A stretch of DNA of 64,000 bases from an uncultured Bacillota bacterium (GTDB lineage Bacteria; Bacillota; DTU025; MWDF01), in assembly GCA_963823655.1 (NCBI GenBank), contig CAWGMK010000013.1:352001-416000 (forward strand). Direction: 5' to 3'. A program made the position numbers and the translations under genes. Shown here piece by piece: positions 9,321-19,064 of the stretch (position 1 is the stretch's first letter; each line of letters opens with the position of its first letter). Under the pieces are notes generated by a model that saw only the letters and a list, made by a program, of their open reading frames with translations, was not told the origin of the DNA and made no database searches.

Positions 9321-11149
9321 TTACTCGGCAATCATGGACACCCTTAATATCTCCTGCATCGTAGTTATACCCATCGTAGCTTTTATTGCGCCATCCACTA
9401 TCATGGGTTTCATGCCATTTCTCATGGCAACCTCTATGATCTGGTCCGACGTAGCCCTGGCATTGATGAGCTTCCTAATCTCCTCAGTAGTAATCATTAT
9501 CTCGAAAACGCCGGTTCGGCCGGAGTAACCGAGGCCGTTGCAGAACTGGCATCCGACCGGGTTGTACATCTTGACCGGCTCGGCCGGGTCGAATCCGGAT
9601 GACATTCCCAAGCTTCTTGACCCAGTTCCTCCACACTGCAAGGTCCGGAGTGTATTCTTTCCTGCAATGCTTGCACAAGAACGCGAACAAGCCTCTGCGC
9701 AAGGACCCCTAAGATAGAGCTGGACACCAAGAAGGGCTCGACTCCCATGTCGACAAGCCTGATCGGCGCGCCGCACGAATCGTTCGTATGCAATGTAGAA
9801 AGGACCAAATGCCCTGTCAATGCTGCATTTATCGCGATTCCGGCAGTCTCGCCGTCTCTTATCTCGCCGACCATTATGATGTCAGGGTCCTGCCTTAGAA
9901 TTGACCTCAAGCCGTTTGCGAAGTTCAATCCCGCCCTGGCGTTGGTCTGCACCTGGTTGATGCCGTCCAGCCTGTACTCAACAGGGTCTTCTACTGTAAT
10001 GATATTCAATGACGAGTCATTTATCTTGTTTAAACTGGAGTACAGCGTTCTCGTTTTTCCGGATCCTGTAGGGCCCGTAACCAGGATTATCCCGTAAGGC
10101 TTCTCCAACAGGTACCTCCACTGCTCCATGTTATCCTGCAGGAAGCCAAGCTGCTCAAGCTGCGTCTTCGCGCCTTTCTTAACCAAAAGCCTGCAGACGA
10201 CCTTCTCGCCGTAGATCGTAGGCAGCGTCGATACGCGAAGGTCCAGCTCCTCGTTCTCAATGACCAGCTGTATCCTGCCGTCCTGCGGCACACGCTTTTC
10301 AGCGATGTCCATGTTCGACATGACCTTGAACCTGGAAGCTATCGCATACCTCAGGTTTCTGGGCAGCTTCATCTGCTCGTGCAGTATGCCATCCACCCTG
10401 AAGCGCACTATAACAAAGTCCTGCCTCGGTTCCACATGTATGTCGGATGCGCCTTGTTTGTAGGCCTCGGATATGAGGGAGTTTACTATCCTGACAACTG
10501 GTCCCTCATCCCCGGCCACGTAGGAGGCCATATCGGTATCCTCATCCGCTGCTATGGTAGATACGCGCTCGTCGGATATCGACTTTATGATATCCTCAAG
10601 CCCTGATTCAGGATAATACCTGTTCAGGGCCATGCGCACATCCTCCTCCTTGGCGATGTAGGGGATTATGTTCATGCCCGTGATTATCTTTACATCATCG
10701 ATGGCGAAAACATTGATGGGATCCGCCATCGCGAGCTTCAGCTTGTCATTCACTATATCGATGGGGATTACCAGGTGTTTTCTGGCGATAGAACCGGGTA
10801 CAAGATCGAGGACGTCTGTAGGTATGATCTTATCCTTGAACGCGAACACCTCGAGGCCGAGCTGTTCTTTGAGGATTTCGACGATATCATCCTCAGTAAC
10901 CAGGTTTAAGGAGAGCAGGACTTTGCCTATCCTCTCCTTGGTTTTCTTCTGTTCCTCCATGGCGTTTTTAAGCTGATCATCAGTGATGACGCCCGTGGCG
11001 ACAAGAGCTTCACCAAGCCGCATCCTCTTATGGAAACCGGCGTATGCCTGCTTGCCGTTGGATCCGTTTCCGTTTACAGCCGATTTGGTCGCGCTGCCAT
11101 TTGGATCCTGCTCTTTGCCGGTAAACATCTTGCTATCGTTTTCAGGCAC
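9321..11149 (-). CDS. pilB: Extension ATPase PilB with N-terminal MshEN domain (frameshifts near 9670 and 9625)
   Basis: RLGEALV...QL..A..EQ MshEN motif, ASDIHVEP, GPTGSGKT, LRQDPDIIMVGEIRD; CKHC/CQFC Zn motifs lie in shifted frames. Confidence 0.95.
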
Positions 11150-11197
11150 TGTGCCACCCCCTGACTGAAAGCCTTGTGCGGGTCGCGTGCTTCTATC

Positions 11198-12409
11198 TTA
11201 GCCCTGAATTTCCATCATCCTGTCCAGTATGATGTGTGATAGCTCCGCCTTGCTCATCCTGGGAAGGGATTCTACATTGCCCTCACCCCTGATAATGCTC
11301 ACAAGATTGTCCTCAGAGCCAAAAGGCTGATTTGCAGGCCCAATCTCGTTTACAACTATCATATCGAGCCCCTTGCGGGAATATTTCTTGAATGCGTTGT
11401 CGATCGCATCCTCCGTCTCGGCAGCAAAACCCACCATCAACTGGTTGGATTTCCTCCCTGACAGGGATTTTAGTATATCCGGGTTCTCAGTGAGTTGTAA
11501 ATCGATATCTTCAGAAAAACCCTTCTTCATCTTGCCTTTTCGGTTCTCGGCCGGCCTGTAGTCAGCCACCGCCGCCGTCGCTATGAAAGCGTCGCAGCCA
11601 TCGAAACCGGAGGAGAGTGCATCCATCATCTGGATTGCAGTTTCGACTCTGATCACCGACATGCCGAGCGGGTCTTTTAATGCAGTAGGCCCCGAAACGA
11701 GCGTTACCTCAGCTCCCCTGGCAGCCGCTGCGCTTGCCATGGCGTAGCCCATCTTGCCGGACGACCTGTTTGCGATATATCTTACCGGGTCTATCGGCTC
11801 GACAGTCGGCCCAGCCGATACTAAAACCTTCATGCCCTTAAGAGAGGGCCTGCCGTTTGCGAAATATGCGTGCCTTACGACTTCGAAAATCTCTTCCGGC
11901 TCCGCCATGCGTCCGGGGCCCTCTGTGCCGCAGGCAAGCCTGCCCTGCACCGGCCCTGCGAATACATATCCGAGCCCTCTCAGCTTATCAACGTTGCCGC
12001 GCACAACGGCGTTCTCCCACATCGCATCGTTCATCGCGGGAGCCACTACCACAGGGCACCTGGATGCCATGAGCGTCGTCGTGAGCATATCGTCCGCGAT
12101 GCCGTTTGCCGCCTTGCCCAGGAAGTTCGCAGTCGCCGGGCAGACGAGGAAAAGCTGCGCCCTCTTGGCCAGGGACACATGCCTTACATCCCATTCCTCC
12201 GGCTCATCGAACATGTCGGTGACGACGGGGTTTCCGGTCAGGCTCCTGAAAGTAAGGGGCGCCACGAACTTCTGGGCGTTCGCGCTCATAATCACATGTA
12301 CATCGAAGCCGGCCTTGTTAAGCCGGCTTGCGAGCAGGGTCGACTTCGCAGCAGCTATGCCGCCTGTCACTCCCATGATTATTGAAGGTCTCGTTTTATC
12401 TTCAGTCAT
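11198..12409 (-). CDS. coaBC: Phosphopantothenoylcysteine decarboxylase/ligase
   Basis: GVTGGIAA, PATAN, APAMN, GPTVEPIDPVRYIANRSSGKMG, VGFAAET. Confidence 0.96.
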   Translation of the reverse strand: MTEDKTRPSIIMGVTGGIAAAKSTLLASRLNKAGFDVHVIMSANAQKFVAPLTFRSLTGNPVVTDMFDEPEEWDVRHVSLAKRAQLFLVCPATANFLGKAANGIADDMLTTTLMASRCPVVVAPAMNDAMWENAVVRGNVDKLRGLGYVFAGPVQGRLACGTEGPGRMAEPEEIFEVVRHAYFANGRPSLKGMKVLVSAGPTVEPIDPVRYIANRSSGKMGYAMASAAAARGAEVTLVSGPTALKDPLGMSVIRVETAIQMMDALSSGFDGCDAFIATAAVADYRPAENRKGKMKKGFSEDIDLQLTENPDILKSLSGRKSNQLMVGFAAETEDAIDNAFKKYSRKGLDMIVVNEIGPANQPFGSEDNLVSIIRGEGNVESLPRMSKAELSHIILDRMMEIQG

Positions 12410-12716
12410 TCGGCTCAGCGCCATCCTCCATGTCGGTAGCGCCTTCCTCGGACCCTTCCTCGAACTCCTCGAGAAGCTCTACCTGTTCTTCAGCGATGTC
12501 CGGGATCTGCTCGTCGGCCGCGGGCGCATAGGATATAAGATCCTCTGCGATCTCGCGGAAGGCTCTGGAGACGGGCTTCTCCTGTATCCAGTCATCGTTG
12601 GGCGCATCGGGGCTCTTCACAAGGTTTCTCGCCCGCTTTGAGGCCATGACGACCAGCGTGTACTTGTTCTCGGCCTTTGGCATCAATTCTTCGATGGAGG
12701 GCTTTATCATAGACAT
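12402..12716 (-). CDS. rpoZ: RNA polymerase omega subunit with acidic C-terminal tail
   Basis: PSIEEL...NKYTLVVMASKRAR...KPVSRAFREI; between gmk and coaBC. Confidence 0.92.
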   Translation of the reverse strand: MSMIKPSIEELMPKAENKYTLVVMASKRARNLVKSPDAPNDDWIQEKPVSRAFREIAEDLISYAPAADEQIPDIAEEQVELLEEFEEGSEEGATDMEDGAEPND

Positions 12717-12793
12717 GTATCTAACCACCTCATAGACATATTAGGCCGGTCTTCCGGCTTTGCAACTATATATTATAACACGGCGCAAGGCCC

Positions 12794-13399
12794 TTATTCC
12801 GCAGGCTTCTCAAGCCTCGATACTTTTAGCCTCTCCGCGCCGATAATGTTCCTGACCAAGCCGACCGCCTTCTGGAGGTAGTCGTTGATGACGTAGTAAT
12901 CGTAGCCGTAGATCTCCTTCATCTCCTGCTCGGCCTTCCTGATGCGCATCTCAATCACTTCCATGGAGTCTGTGCTCCTGGCGATGAGGCGCGATTTCAG
13001 TTCGTCGAAGGAAGGAGGCGTAAGGAAGATGAGCACGGCCCCGGGCATCTGCCTTTTGATCTCTGCCGCCCCGCGGCACTCGATATCGAGGACGACGTCC
13101 TTGCCCTCCTCGACCATCCTCTCGATGTAGTCCTTAGGGGTTCCGTAAAGGTTTCCCACATATTCCTGGTACTCGAAGAATTGGCCCTCGGCGGCCTTCT
13201 TAAGGAAGTCCTCACGGCTGAGGAAGAAATAGTTGATGCCGTCCGCTTCGCCCTTCCTGGGCTTTCTTGTTGTCGCGGATATCGAATAACAAAGTTCGAG
13301 GTCCTCCTTCAGGAGTGAGGCAAGCACTGAGTTCTTTCCCACCCCTGAAGGCCCCGAAATGACGAAAAGTATGCCCTTTTTGCGCTTTAGTCCCTGCAT
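12794..13399 (-). CDS. gmk: Guanylate kinase
   Basis: SGPSGVGK, SATTRKPRKGEADGINYFF, YGTP. Confidence 0.96.
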   Translation of the reverse strand: MQGLKRKKGILFVISGPSGVGKNSVLASLLKEDLELCYSISATTRKPRKGEADGINYFFLSREDFLKKAAEGQFFEYQEYVGNLYGTPKDYIERMVEEGKDVVLDIECRGAAEIKRQMPGAVLIFLTPPSFDELKSRLIARSTDSMEVIEMRIRKAEQEMKEIYGYDYYVINDYLQKAVGLVRNIIGAERLKVSRLEKPAE

Positions 13400-13446
13400 A
13401 GCCTCTACCTCAAAGTTTTCGCGGCTATGCCGCGGACAGATGGATG

Positions 13447-13761
13447 CTATTTCTTCGCAAAATGCTCCCTCAGAGCTTCGATCTGACGCGTGCCGAGGCC
13501 CTGTACCCTGCGGTTCTCGTCGATTCCGATCTCATACATGATCTTCGCGGCGCGGACCTTGCCTATCCTGGGCAGGGACTGGAGTACATAGGAGACCCTC
13601 ATCTTTCCGATGACTTCGTCTCCCGTCTTCTTGAGGATCTGGTCGAGGGTTATCTTGCCCTTTTTCAGCTCGGCACGGATCTTGGCCCTCTCGGATCTGA
13701 CCTTCTGTGCCTTCATCAAGGCCTTTTTCTTCTGCTCCGGTGTCAGTTTGGGAAGCGGCAT
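13447..13761 (-). CDS. mihF: Actinobacterial-type integration host factor (mIHF/sIHF; H2TH nucleoid protein)
   Basis: MPLPKLTPEQKKKAL.KA...R.ERA..LK.G...GKMRVS.VLQSLPRIGKVRA..IM.EIGI.ENRRVQGLG. Confidence 0.85.
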   Translation of the reverse strand: MPLPKLTPEQKKKALMKAQKVRSERAKIRAELKKGKITLDQILKKTGDEVIGKMRVSYVLQSLPRIGKVRAAKIMYEIGIDENRRVQGLGTRQIEALREHFAKK

Positions 13762-13819
13762 TCTAAGCACCTCCATTTTCTTATATCGCATTATCGACGG
13801 TTCGTTCCGCCGTACGCGC

Positions 13820-14692
13820 CTATTCGATGTTCTGGATCTGCTCTCTTATCTTCTCTATCTCGCTTTTGAGATCCAAAACTATGCCCGTTATCCTGATATC
13901 CTGCGATTTGGACCCTATTGTGTTCGTCTCCCTGTTCATCTCCTGCACAAGGAAATCCATCTTGCGGCCAATGGGACCGTCCACTCTCAGCATCCCGGTA
14001 AATTGCGAAAGGTGGCTTCTGAGCCTTACGGTCTCCTCGGTGCAGTCGCACTTCTCCGCCATGAGGGCCGCCTCCTGGGCGAACCTCTGCTCATCCACGG
14101 TGAGCTTGATCTCCTCGAGCTTCTTCATGAGCTTCTCTCTGTATGCGGGAGCTCCTTCAGGCATGACCCTTTCGATTTCCGTAAGGCCTTCCTTTATAAG
14201 CCCAAGCCTGGACTCGATATCCTTTACGAGGGACTTGCCCTCGGACGATCTCATTACTATCAGGCTTTCAAGCGCTTCCTTGGCGGCGGCCGACAGGACC
14301 TCCCAGATAAGCTCGACGTCAGCGGGAATGTCCTTCAGGCTGATTACATCCGGAAACGATGCCAACCTGGATACTCCGGCATCTGACTCCTGACCCAGCT
14401 CCTCAGCTATTTCAAGCAGTGCCTCATGGTAAGCCTTGGCAAGAGCCTTATCGACTACGACTTTCCTAGGGGCGCCTGCAAGCCAGTCGACAGTGACGTA
14501 CATGTCTATCTTGCCGCGGTCTAGCATCTGCGTAATGAGCTTTCTTAGTCTGTCCTCAAGCGCCGAGAGCTCACGCGGCATCCTTATGTTCGTGTCAAGG
14601 AACTTGTTGTTGACCGCCTTGATCTCCACGAGGATGTCGATCAAATCGGACCGGGACTCCCCTCTTCCGTATCCGGTCATGCTTCTTGGCAC
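13820..14692 (-). CDS. yicC: YicC/YloC family endoribonuclease
   Basis: SMTGYGRG, EIKAVN, RGKID, EE..RL.SH, GRKMDFLVQEMNRETNTIGSK, EKIREQIQNIE. Confidence 0.95.
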   Translation of the reverse strand: MPRSMTGYGRGESRSDLIDILVEIKAVNNKFLDTNIRMPRELSALEDRLRKLITQMLDRGKIDMYVTVDWLAGAPRKVVVDKALAKAYHEALLEIAEELGQESDAGVSRLASFPDVISLKDIPADVELIWEVLSAAAKEALESLIVMRSSEGKSLVKDIESRLGLIKEGLTEIERVMPEGAPAYREKLMKKLEEIKLTVDEQRFAQEAALMAEKCDCTEETVRLRSHLSQFTGMLRVDGPIGRKMDFLVQEMNRETNTIGSKSQDIRITGIVLDLKSEIEKIREQIQNIE

Positions 14693-14838
14693 TCGTACAC
14701 TCTCCTGTTCAAAGCCTTATTTACGCTTATCATAGACACGACTTCACTTATTTGTAAATGCATAATCCTTCACGCTGCGCTTTAGTGGCCCTTATGCCCC
14801 GTTTACTGCCTCTTAGCAAATACCGCATTATGCTGTCA

Positions 14839-14867
14839 TTATTCAACCCATTCAGTAAAAATCCTTC
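14839..14867 (-). promoter_or_regulatory. SigH-like promoter upstream of the yicC operon
   Basis: GAAGGATTT-N11-GTTGAATAA. Confidence 0.5.
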
Positions 14868-14929
14868 TTTGTGGGGACAAAATACATTAAAATATAGATA
14901 ATTCTTGATTTTAGCGGGTTTTTACCGGG

Positions 14930-16630
14930 ATGGAGGGCGAAATGAGGCTTGACGGCCTTACCTTGAACGAACTTGCCAAGGAGATCGACCTTCGATGCAA
15001 GGGCTTAAGAGTCGAGAAGGTCACTTCCGCGGGCAGGCATGCGGTGCTCATAAGCCTTCAGAGGGGAAACGACCTTCTGGTAAGCTCTTCCCCCAATGGG
15101 GCAAGGGCGGTGCTCACATCCGCAAAGACCGGGGCAAGGGCCGAGTCCGTGGGCTTCGTAATGGTGCTGAGGAAATATATCGAGGGCGGAAGGTTCCTCA
15201 GGGCTTCGAAGAGAAGCCAGGAGAACGCGATAGAGCTATGGTTGCAGGGATGGGACGACGACGAGGGCATTAAGCCCAAGTTGCTTCTGCTCGAGGCAGT
15301 GGGGCCGAAGTCCAACATCTTCTTCCTCGATGAAAACAATACCATCCTTGGCTCCCTGAAGGGCACGGATGACAGAAGGGCAGGCGCCCCCGGCCAGATT
15401 TTCGAGCCCCTGCCGCCTTTCGATATGCCGGACGCGCTAAGCTGCACAAAAGACGCCTTCATCGCCTCAGCACTGCGCAGAAAGGCTGAGAAGGGCGATA
15501 TTGGCCCCGCCAAGGCGATCGCTGGCGGGCTTTATGGGCTATCTGTGGAACATGCGGCCGATTTGATCGCCGCATCGGGCGTTCGCGGCGCGGACGTCTC
15601 TGCCGCTGCTGAAAGCGCATACTTGCTTCTCAGAAGAAGGCAGGAGGAGTTCGGTTCGGATGTGTGGCCTTGCTGCGAGGCATCCGGTGAAAAGGGACCT
15701 CGGGCATCTCTTATCCTTTGCGCAAGGGGCGCGGGATCGGGGCCATCGGAATGCGTTGAGGGCATTCTCGGAAGGCTGGAGAAGGACGATCAGGTATCGC
15801 AAAGGAAAGCGAAGCTCTTAAAGACCGTGGAATCTGCCCTTTCAAGGGCTGTCGGGAAATCCCATGCGAGGCGCACGGAGCTGGCATCTTCCAAGAAAAG
15901 CGACACTTACCGCATATGGGCGGACGCGATACTCTCCTCCATGCACGAGCTGCCCAAGATGCTGCCTGCTACCGCAACCCTTCCCGATTACTCAGTTGAC
16001 GGTGACAAGCTCATTGAAGTCCCCCTGGATGCAAGGTTTGGCGCTTCGCAGAACGCCGAGCGCTACTATCAGATGTACAACAGGGGCAGGCGCGCCGAAA
16101 AGGCACTCGCTGAGCTTATTAGCTCGGCAGATGCCGAATGCGAATACCTGGCAGGTGTAAAGGATGCCTGCGAAAGGGCGGAGGATGAGATAGTGCTCGA
16201 CCAGATCCGGGAGGAGCTGGAGATGGCGGGCTACTTGAAGCGCGAGGGGGGCAAACCGGGCAAGAAGCAGGATAAGAAAGCCGCGCAACCCGTGCAATAC
16301 CCGCTCTCTACCGGACATAAGGCGCTAGTGGGCAGGAACAATGTGCAGAATGAGGAGCTTACTTTCAAGATAGCCAACCCCTGGGACATTTGGCTTCACA
16401 TAAAAGGCGCCCCTGGCTCTCATGTTGTAATAAGGCTCGACAAGGGCGAAAAGGTGCCGGAGGCGGCGCTTGAGCAGGCAGCAAGCCTTGCCGTCATGAG
16501 CTCGTCGCTCAAGGGCAAAGGCAGGGCCGAGGTGGATTACACAGAGGTTCGCAAAGTGAAGAAGATAAAAGGCGGGTTGCCTGGGGCAGTAACCTATACT
16601 GACCAGCGCACGATTAATGTAAAGCCTTAG
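14930..16630 (+). CDS. rqcH: Ribosome quality control protein RqcH (FbpA/NFACT)
   Basis: LDGLTL N-terminus, NAERYY, VGRNNVQNEELT, DIWLH..GAPGSHV, VDYT. Confidence 0.92.
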   Translation: MEGEMRLDGLTLNELAKEIDLRCKGLRVEKVTSAGRHAVLISLQRGNDLLVSSSPNGARAVLTSAKTGARAESVGFVMVLRKYIEGGRFLRASKRSQENAIELWLQGWDDDEGIKPKLLLLEAVGPKSNIFFLDENNTILGSLKGTDDRRAGAPGQIFEPLPPFDMPDALSCTKDAFIASALRRKAEKGDIGPAKAIAGGLYGLSVEHAADLIAASGVRGADVSAAAESAYLLLRRRQEEFGSDVWPCCEASGEKGPRASLILCARGAGSGPSECVEGILGRLEKDDQVSQRKAKLLKTVESALSRAVGKSHARRTELASSKKSDTYRIWADAILSSMHELPKMLPATATLPDYSVDGDKLIEVPLDARFGASQNAERYYQMYNRGRRAEKALAELISSADAECEYLAGVKDACERAEDEIVLDQIREELEMAGYLKREGGKPGKKQDKKAAQPVQYPLSTGHKALVGRNNVQNEELTFKIANPWDIWLHIKGAPGSHVVIRLDKGEKVPEAALEQAASLAVMSSSLKGKGRAEVDYTEVRKVKKIKGGLPGAVTYTDQRTINVKP

Positions 16631-17766
16631 TGCATGTAGCCGCTGCTTTCCGAAAGCAGCCTTTCGATTAGCATACCGGGCGTTTCGGAAGCAGCCGAAA
16701 TGTAACCCCACCCCATATGAGTAAACAGGTCGGTCCCAAGCTTGCCGGTGTCCTTCCTCAATGCCGCAATCGACGTGCGCGCATCCTTCAGGCTCATCGG
16801 GGCGGGCCGTCCATCTGTTATCCTCAAAGGCGTAATCTCGGCCTCGGGCCGCTCTCCGAGGCTCAGCTTGATGCGCGCTATCATGCTTTCTGTGGTGTTT
16901 CCGAAAGCCTGGTCGAATACGAAGTTTCCGAGCGAGTAGAATATGAGCCCTCCCTTGTAGGCCTCGAAGGGCTGAAGAACATGCGGGTGATGCCCCAGCA
17001 CGATGTCCGCGCCCGCTTCTATTGCCGCGTGCGCCCGCTCTATCTGCGCTTTTTCCGGCATCCTCATGTATTCCTGCCCCCAATGTATAGACACGACCAC
17101 GAAATCGGCAGTCCTTTTCATGCGGGAGATGTCCTCCTGCATCATCCAAATGAGTGCCGGCGCCATGCCGGGCACGTTCTTACCTGCGGCGAAGGTCCTG
17201 GTGTAAAAAAAGGACCAGAATATGTCGTGGAAGTCCGAGTAGGCAAGAAAGCCCACCTTCACACCGCCTGCCGTGATCACTCTGCCCATACGCGCAGATG
17301 CAATATCTGCTCCTGCGCCAACATAAGCGATGCCGGCATCATCCAGGTGGGACATCGTATCCAAGAGCGAAATCTCATCGTAATCCATGATGTGGTTGTT
17401 GGCGGCGGATACAATGTCGATGCCGGCGTCCTTGAGCAGGCCCAGCCTCTCCGGCTTCGTCCTGAACCATATGCCCTTGCCGGGCATCCTGCGCCCTCTG
17501 TTTGAAACCGACGTCTCTAAGTTCACGAAGGCGATGTCGGCGCCCTCAAGAATGCCCGAAACTGCAGAAAACGGCCAGCTTTCGCCATGCTTGAGCATAG
17601 CTGTTGCCACGCCCCTGTCAAGCATGACGTCCCCCGCCGCGGCAAGGATTATGCCTTCAGCTTTGCTTGCTTCATAAGGCAGGCTCTGCAAAGGCGCTGC
17701 AATAGAAATCCCCGCCGCAAGAAGAGCGGCGAGGATCGATGAAATTAGGATCCTTATTTTCAACAT
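16627..17766 (-). CDS. CapA/PgsA family metallophosphoesterase-like secreted protein
   Basis: Signal peptide, GDVMLDRGV, NLET, ANNHIMDY, SIHWGQE, GHHPHV, YSLGNFVFDQ. Confidence 0.9.
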   Translation of the reverse strand: MLKIRILISSILAALLAAGISIAAPLQSLPYEASKAEGIILAAAGDVMLDRGVATAMLKHGESWPFSAVSGILEGADIAFVNLETSVSNRGRRMPGKGIWFRTKPERLGLLKDAGIDIVSAANNHIMDYDEISLLDTMSHLDDAGIAYVGAGADIASARMGRVITAGGVKVGFLAYSDFHDIFWSFFYTRTFAAGKNVPGMAPALIWMMQEDISRMKRTADFVVVSIHWGQEYMRMPEKAQIERAHAAIEAGADIVLGHHPHVLQPFEAYKGGLIFYSLGNFVFDQAFGNTTESMIARIKLSLGERPEAEITPLRITDGRPAPMSLKDARTSIAALRKDTGKLGTDLFTHMGWGYISAASETPGMLIERLLSESSGYMH

Positions 17767-17770
17767 GGAC

Positions 17771-19064
17771 CTATTCTTCGAACCTTGAGAATATTTCGTC
17801 TACGAAAGCAAGGTGCCTGTCGTAACCGAAGCACTCGTCAAGCTTATCCGATGAGAGCCTGCCGCTCACCTCCGGATCCTGCTCGCACAGCTTCCTGAAG
17901 GATGATCCCTCGTCCCAAGCCTTAAGGGCGTTTCTCTGCACTATTGCGTAGGCGGCGTCCCTCATAAGCCCCGAAATCTACTAGGGCGAGCATAACAGAT
18001 CCCGAGAAGACCAGGCCTCCTGTGGATTCCAGATTTCTTATCATCCTGTCCGGCCTAATGACTAACCCCTCTACTATCCAGGTGAACTTCCTGATTATAT
18101 AGTCGGCGATTATGGTGCTGTCGGGGATGATCACCCTCTCCACTGAGGAATGGGAGATGTCCCTCTCGTTCCAAAGCGCTACGTCCTCAAGGGCCGCCAT
18201 GTGGTTCGACCTCAGAAGGCGCGCCATGCCGCAGACCCTCTCGCAAGTTATGGGGTTCTTCTTGTGGGGCATCGCCGATGAGCCCTTCTGGCCTTTGCCG
18301 AAAGGCTCCATGAGCTCGGAGATCTCGGTCCTTTGCAGGGATCTGATCTCCGTTGCGAACTTCTCAAGCGAGCTTCCCAGAAGCGCTAAGGAGCCGGTAT
18401 AGGCCGCATACCTGTCGCGCTGTATAACCTGGGACGACACCTTGGCAGGGCTAAGGCCCAGCCTTGTGCAGACATACTCCTCCACGTAAGGCGGCACGCC
18501 GGCGTAAGTGCCCACCGGGCCCGAAATCTTGCCCACCGATATTTCGATGCTAGCGGCCTCGAGCCTCTCCTTTGCCCGTAGAAGCTCCGAGTACCAATTG
18601 ATCAACTTCAGGCCCAAAGTGATGGGCTCCGCGTGTATGCCGTGCGTCCTTCCCACCATAATGGTCTTCTTGTGCTCATCCGCCTTTATCTTGACTGCGT
18701 CTAGCAGCCTGTCGAGCGAGCCCAGGATTATGCCCATAGCCTCTTGCATGTTGACCGCCATCGCCGTATCAAGCATGTCCGAGCTTGTCATGCCAAGATG
18801 CAAGTGCTTAGCGGGCTCGCCTACCTGTTCTGCGACCGCACTGAGGAACGCTATTACGTCGTGGTTCGTCGTGCGCTCGATTTCGGCAACCCTTTTGGGG
18901 TCTATCCTTATGGGATCCTTGAAGGCACGAAGCTCGTCCTTCGGCACCCTGCCCAGATTGCTCCAGGCCTCGGCTGACAGCACCTCCACTTTAAGCCATG
19001 TCTCGAACCTGTGCTCATCGCCCCAAATAGCCTTCATCTCGGCGTAGCCGTATCTGTCAATCAT
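17771..19064 (-). CDS. purB: Adenylosuccinate lyase (frameshift near 17970)
   Basis: MIDRY, HDVIAF, TSSD, GRTHGIHAEP, GSSAMPHKKNP. Confidence 0.95.

Noticed and set aside
5581-9700. Programmed frameshifting or phase variation in pil genes
   Set aside because: The same kind of indel hits essential mur and rec genes, so sequencing error is the simpler explanation
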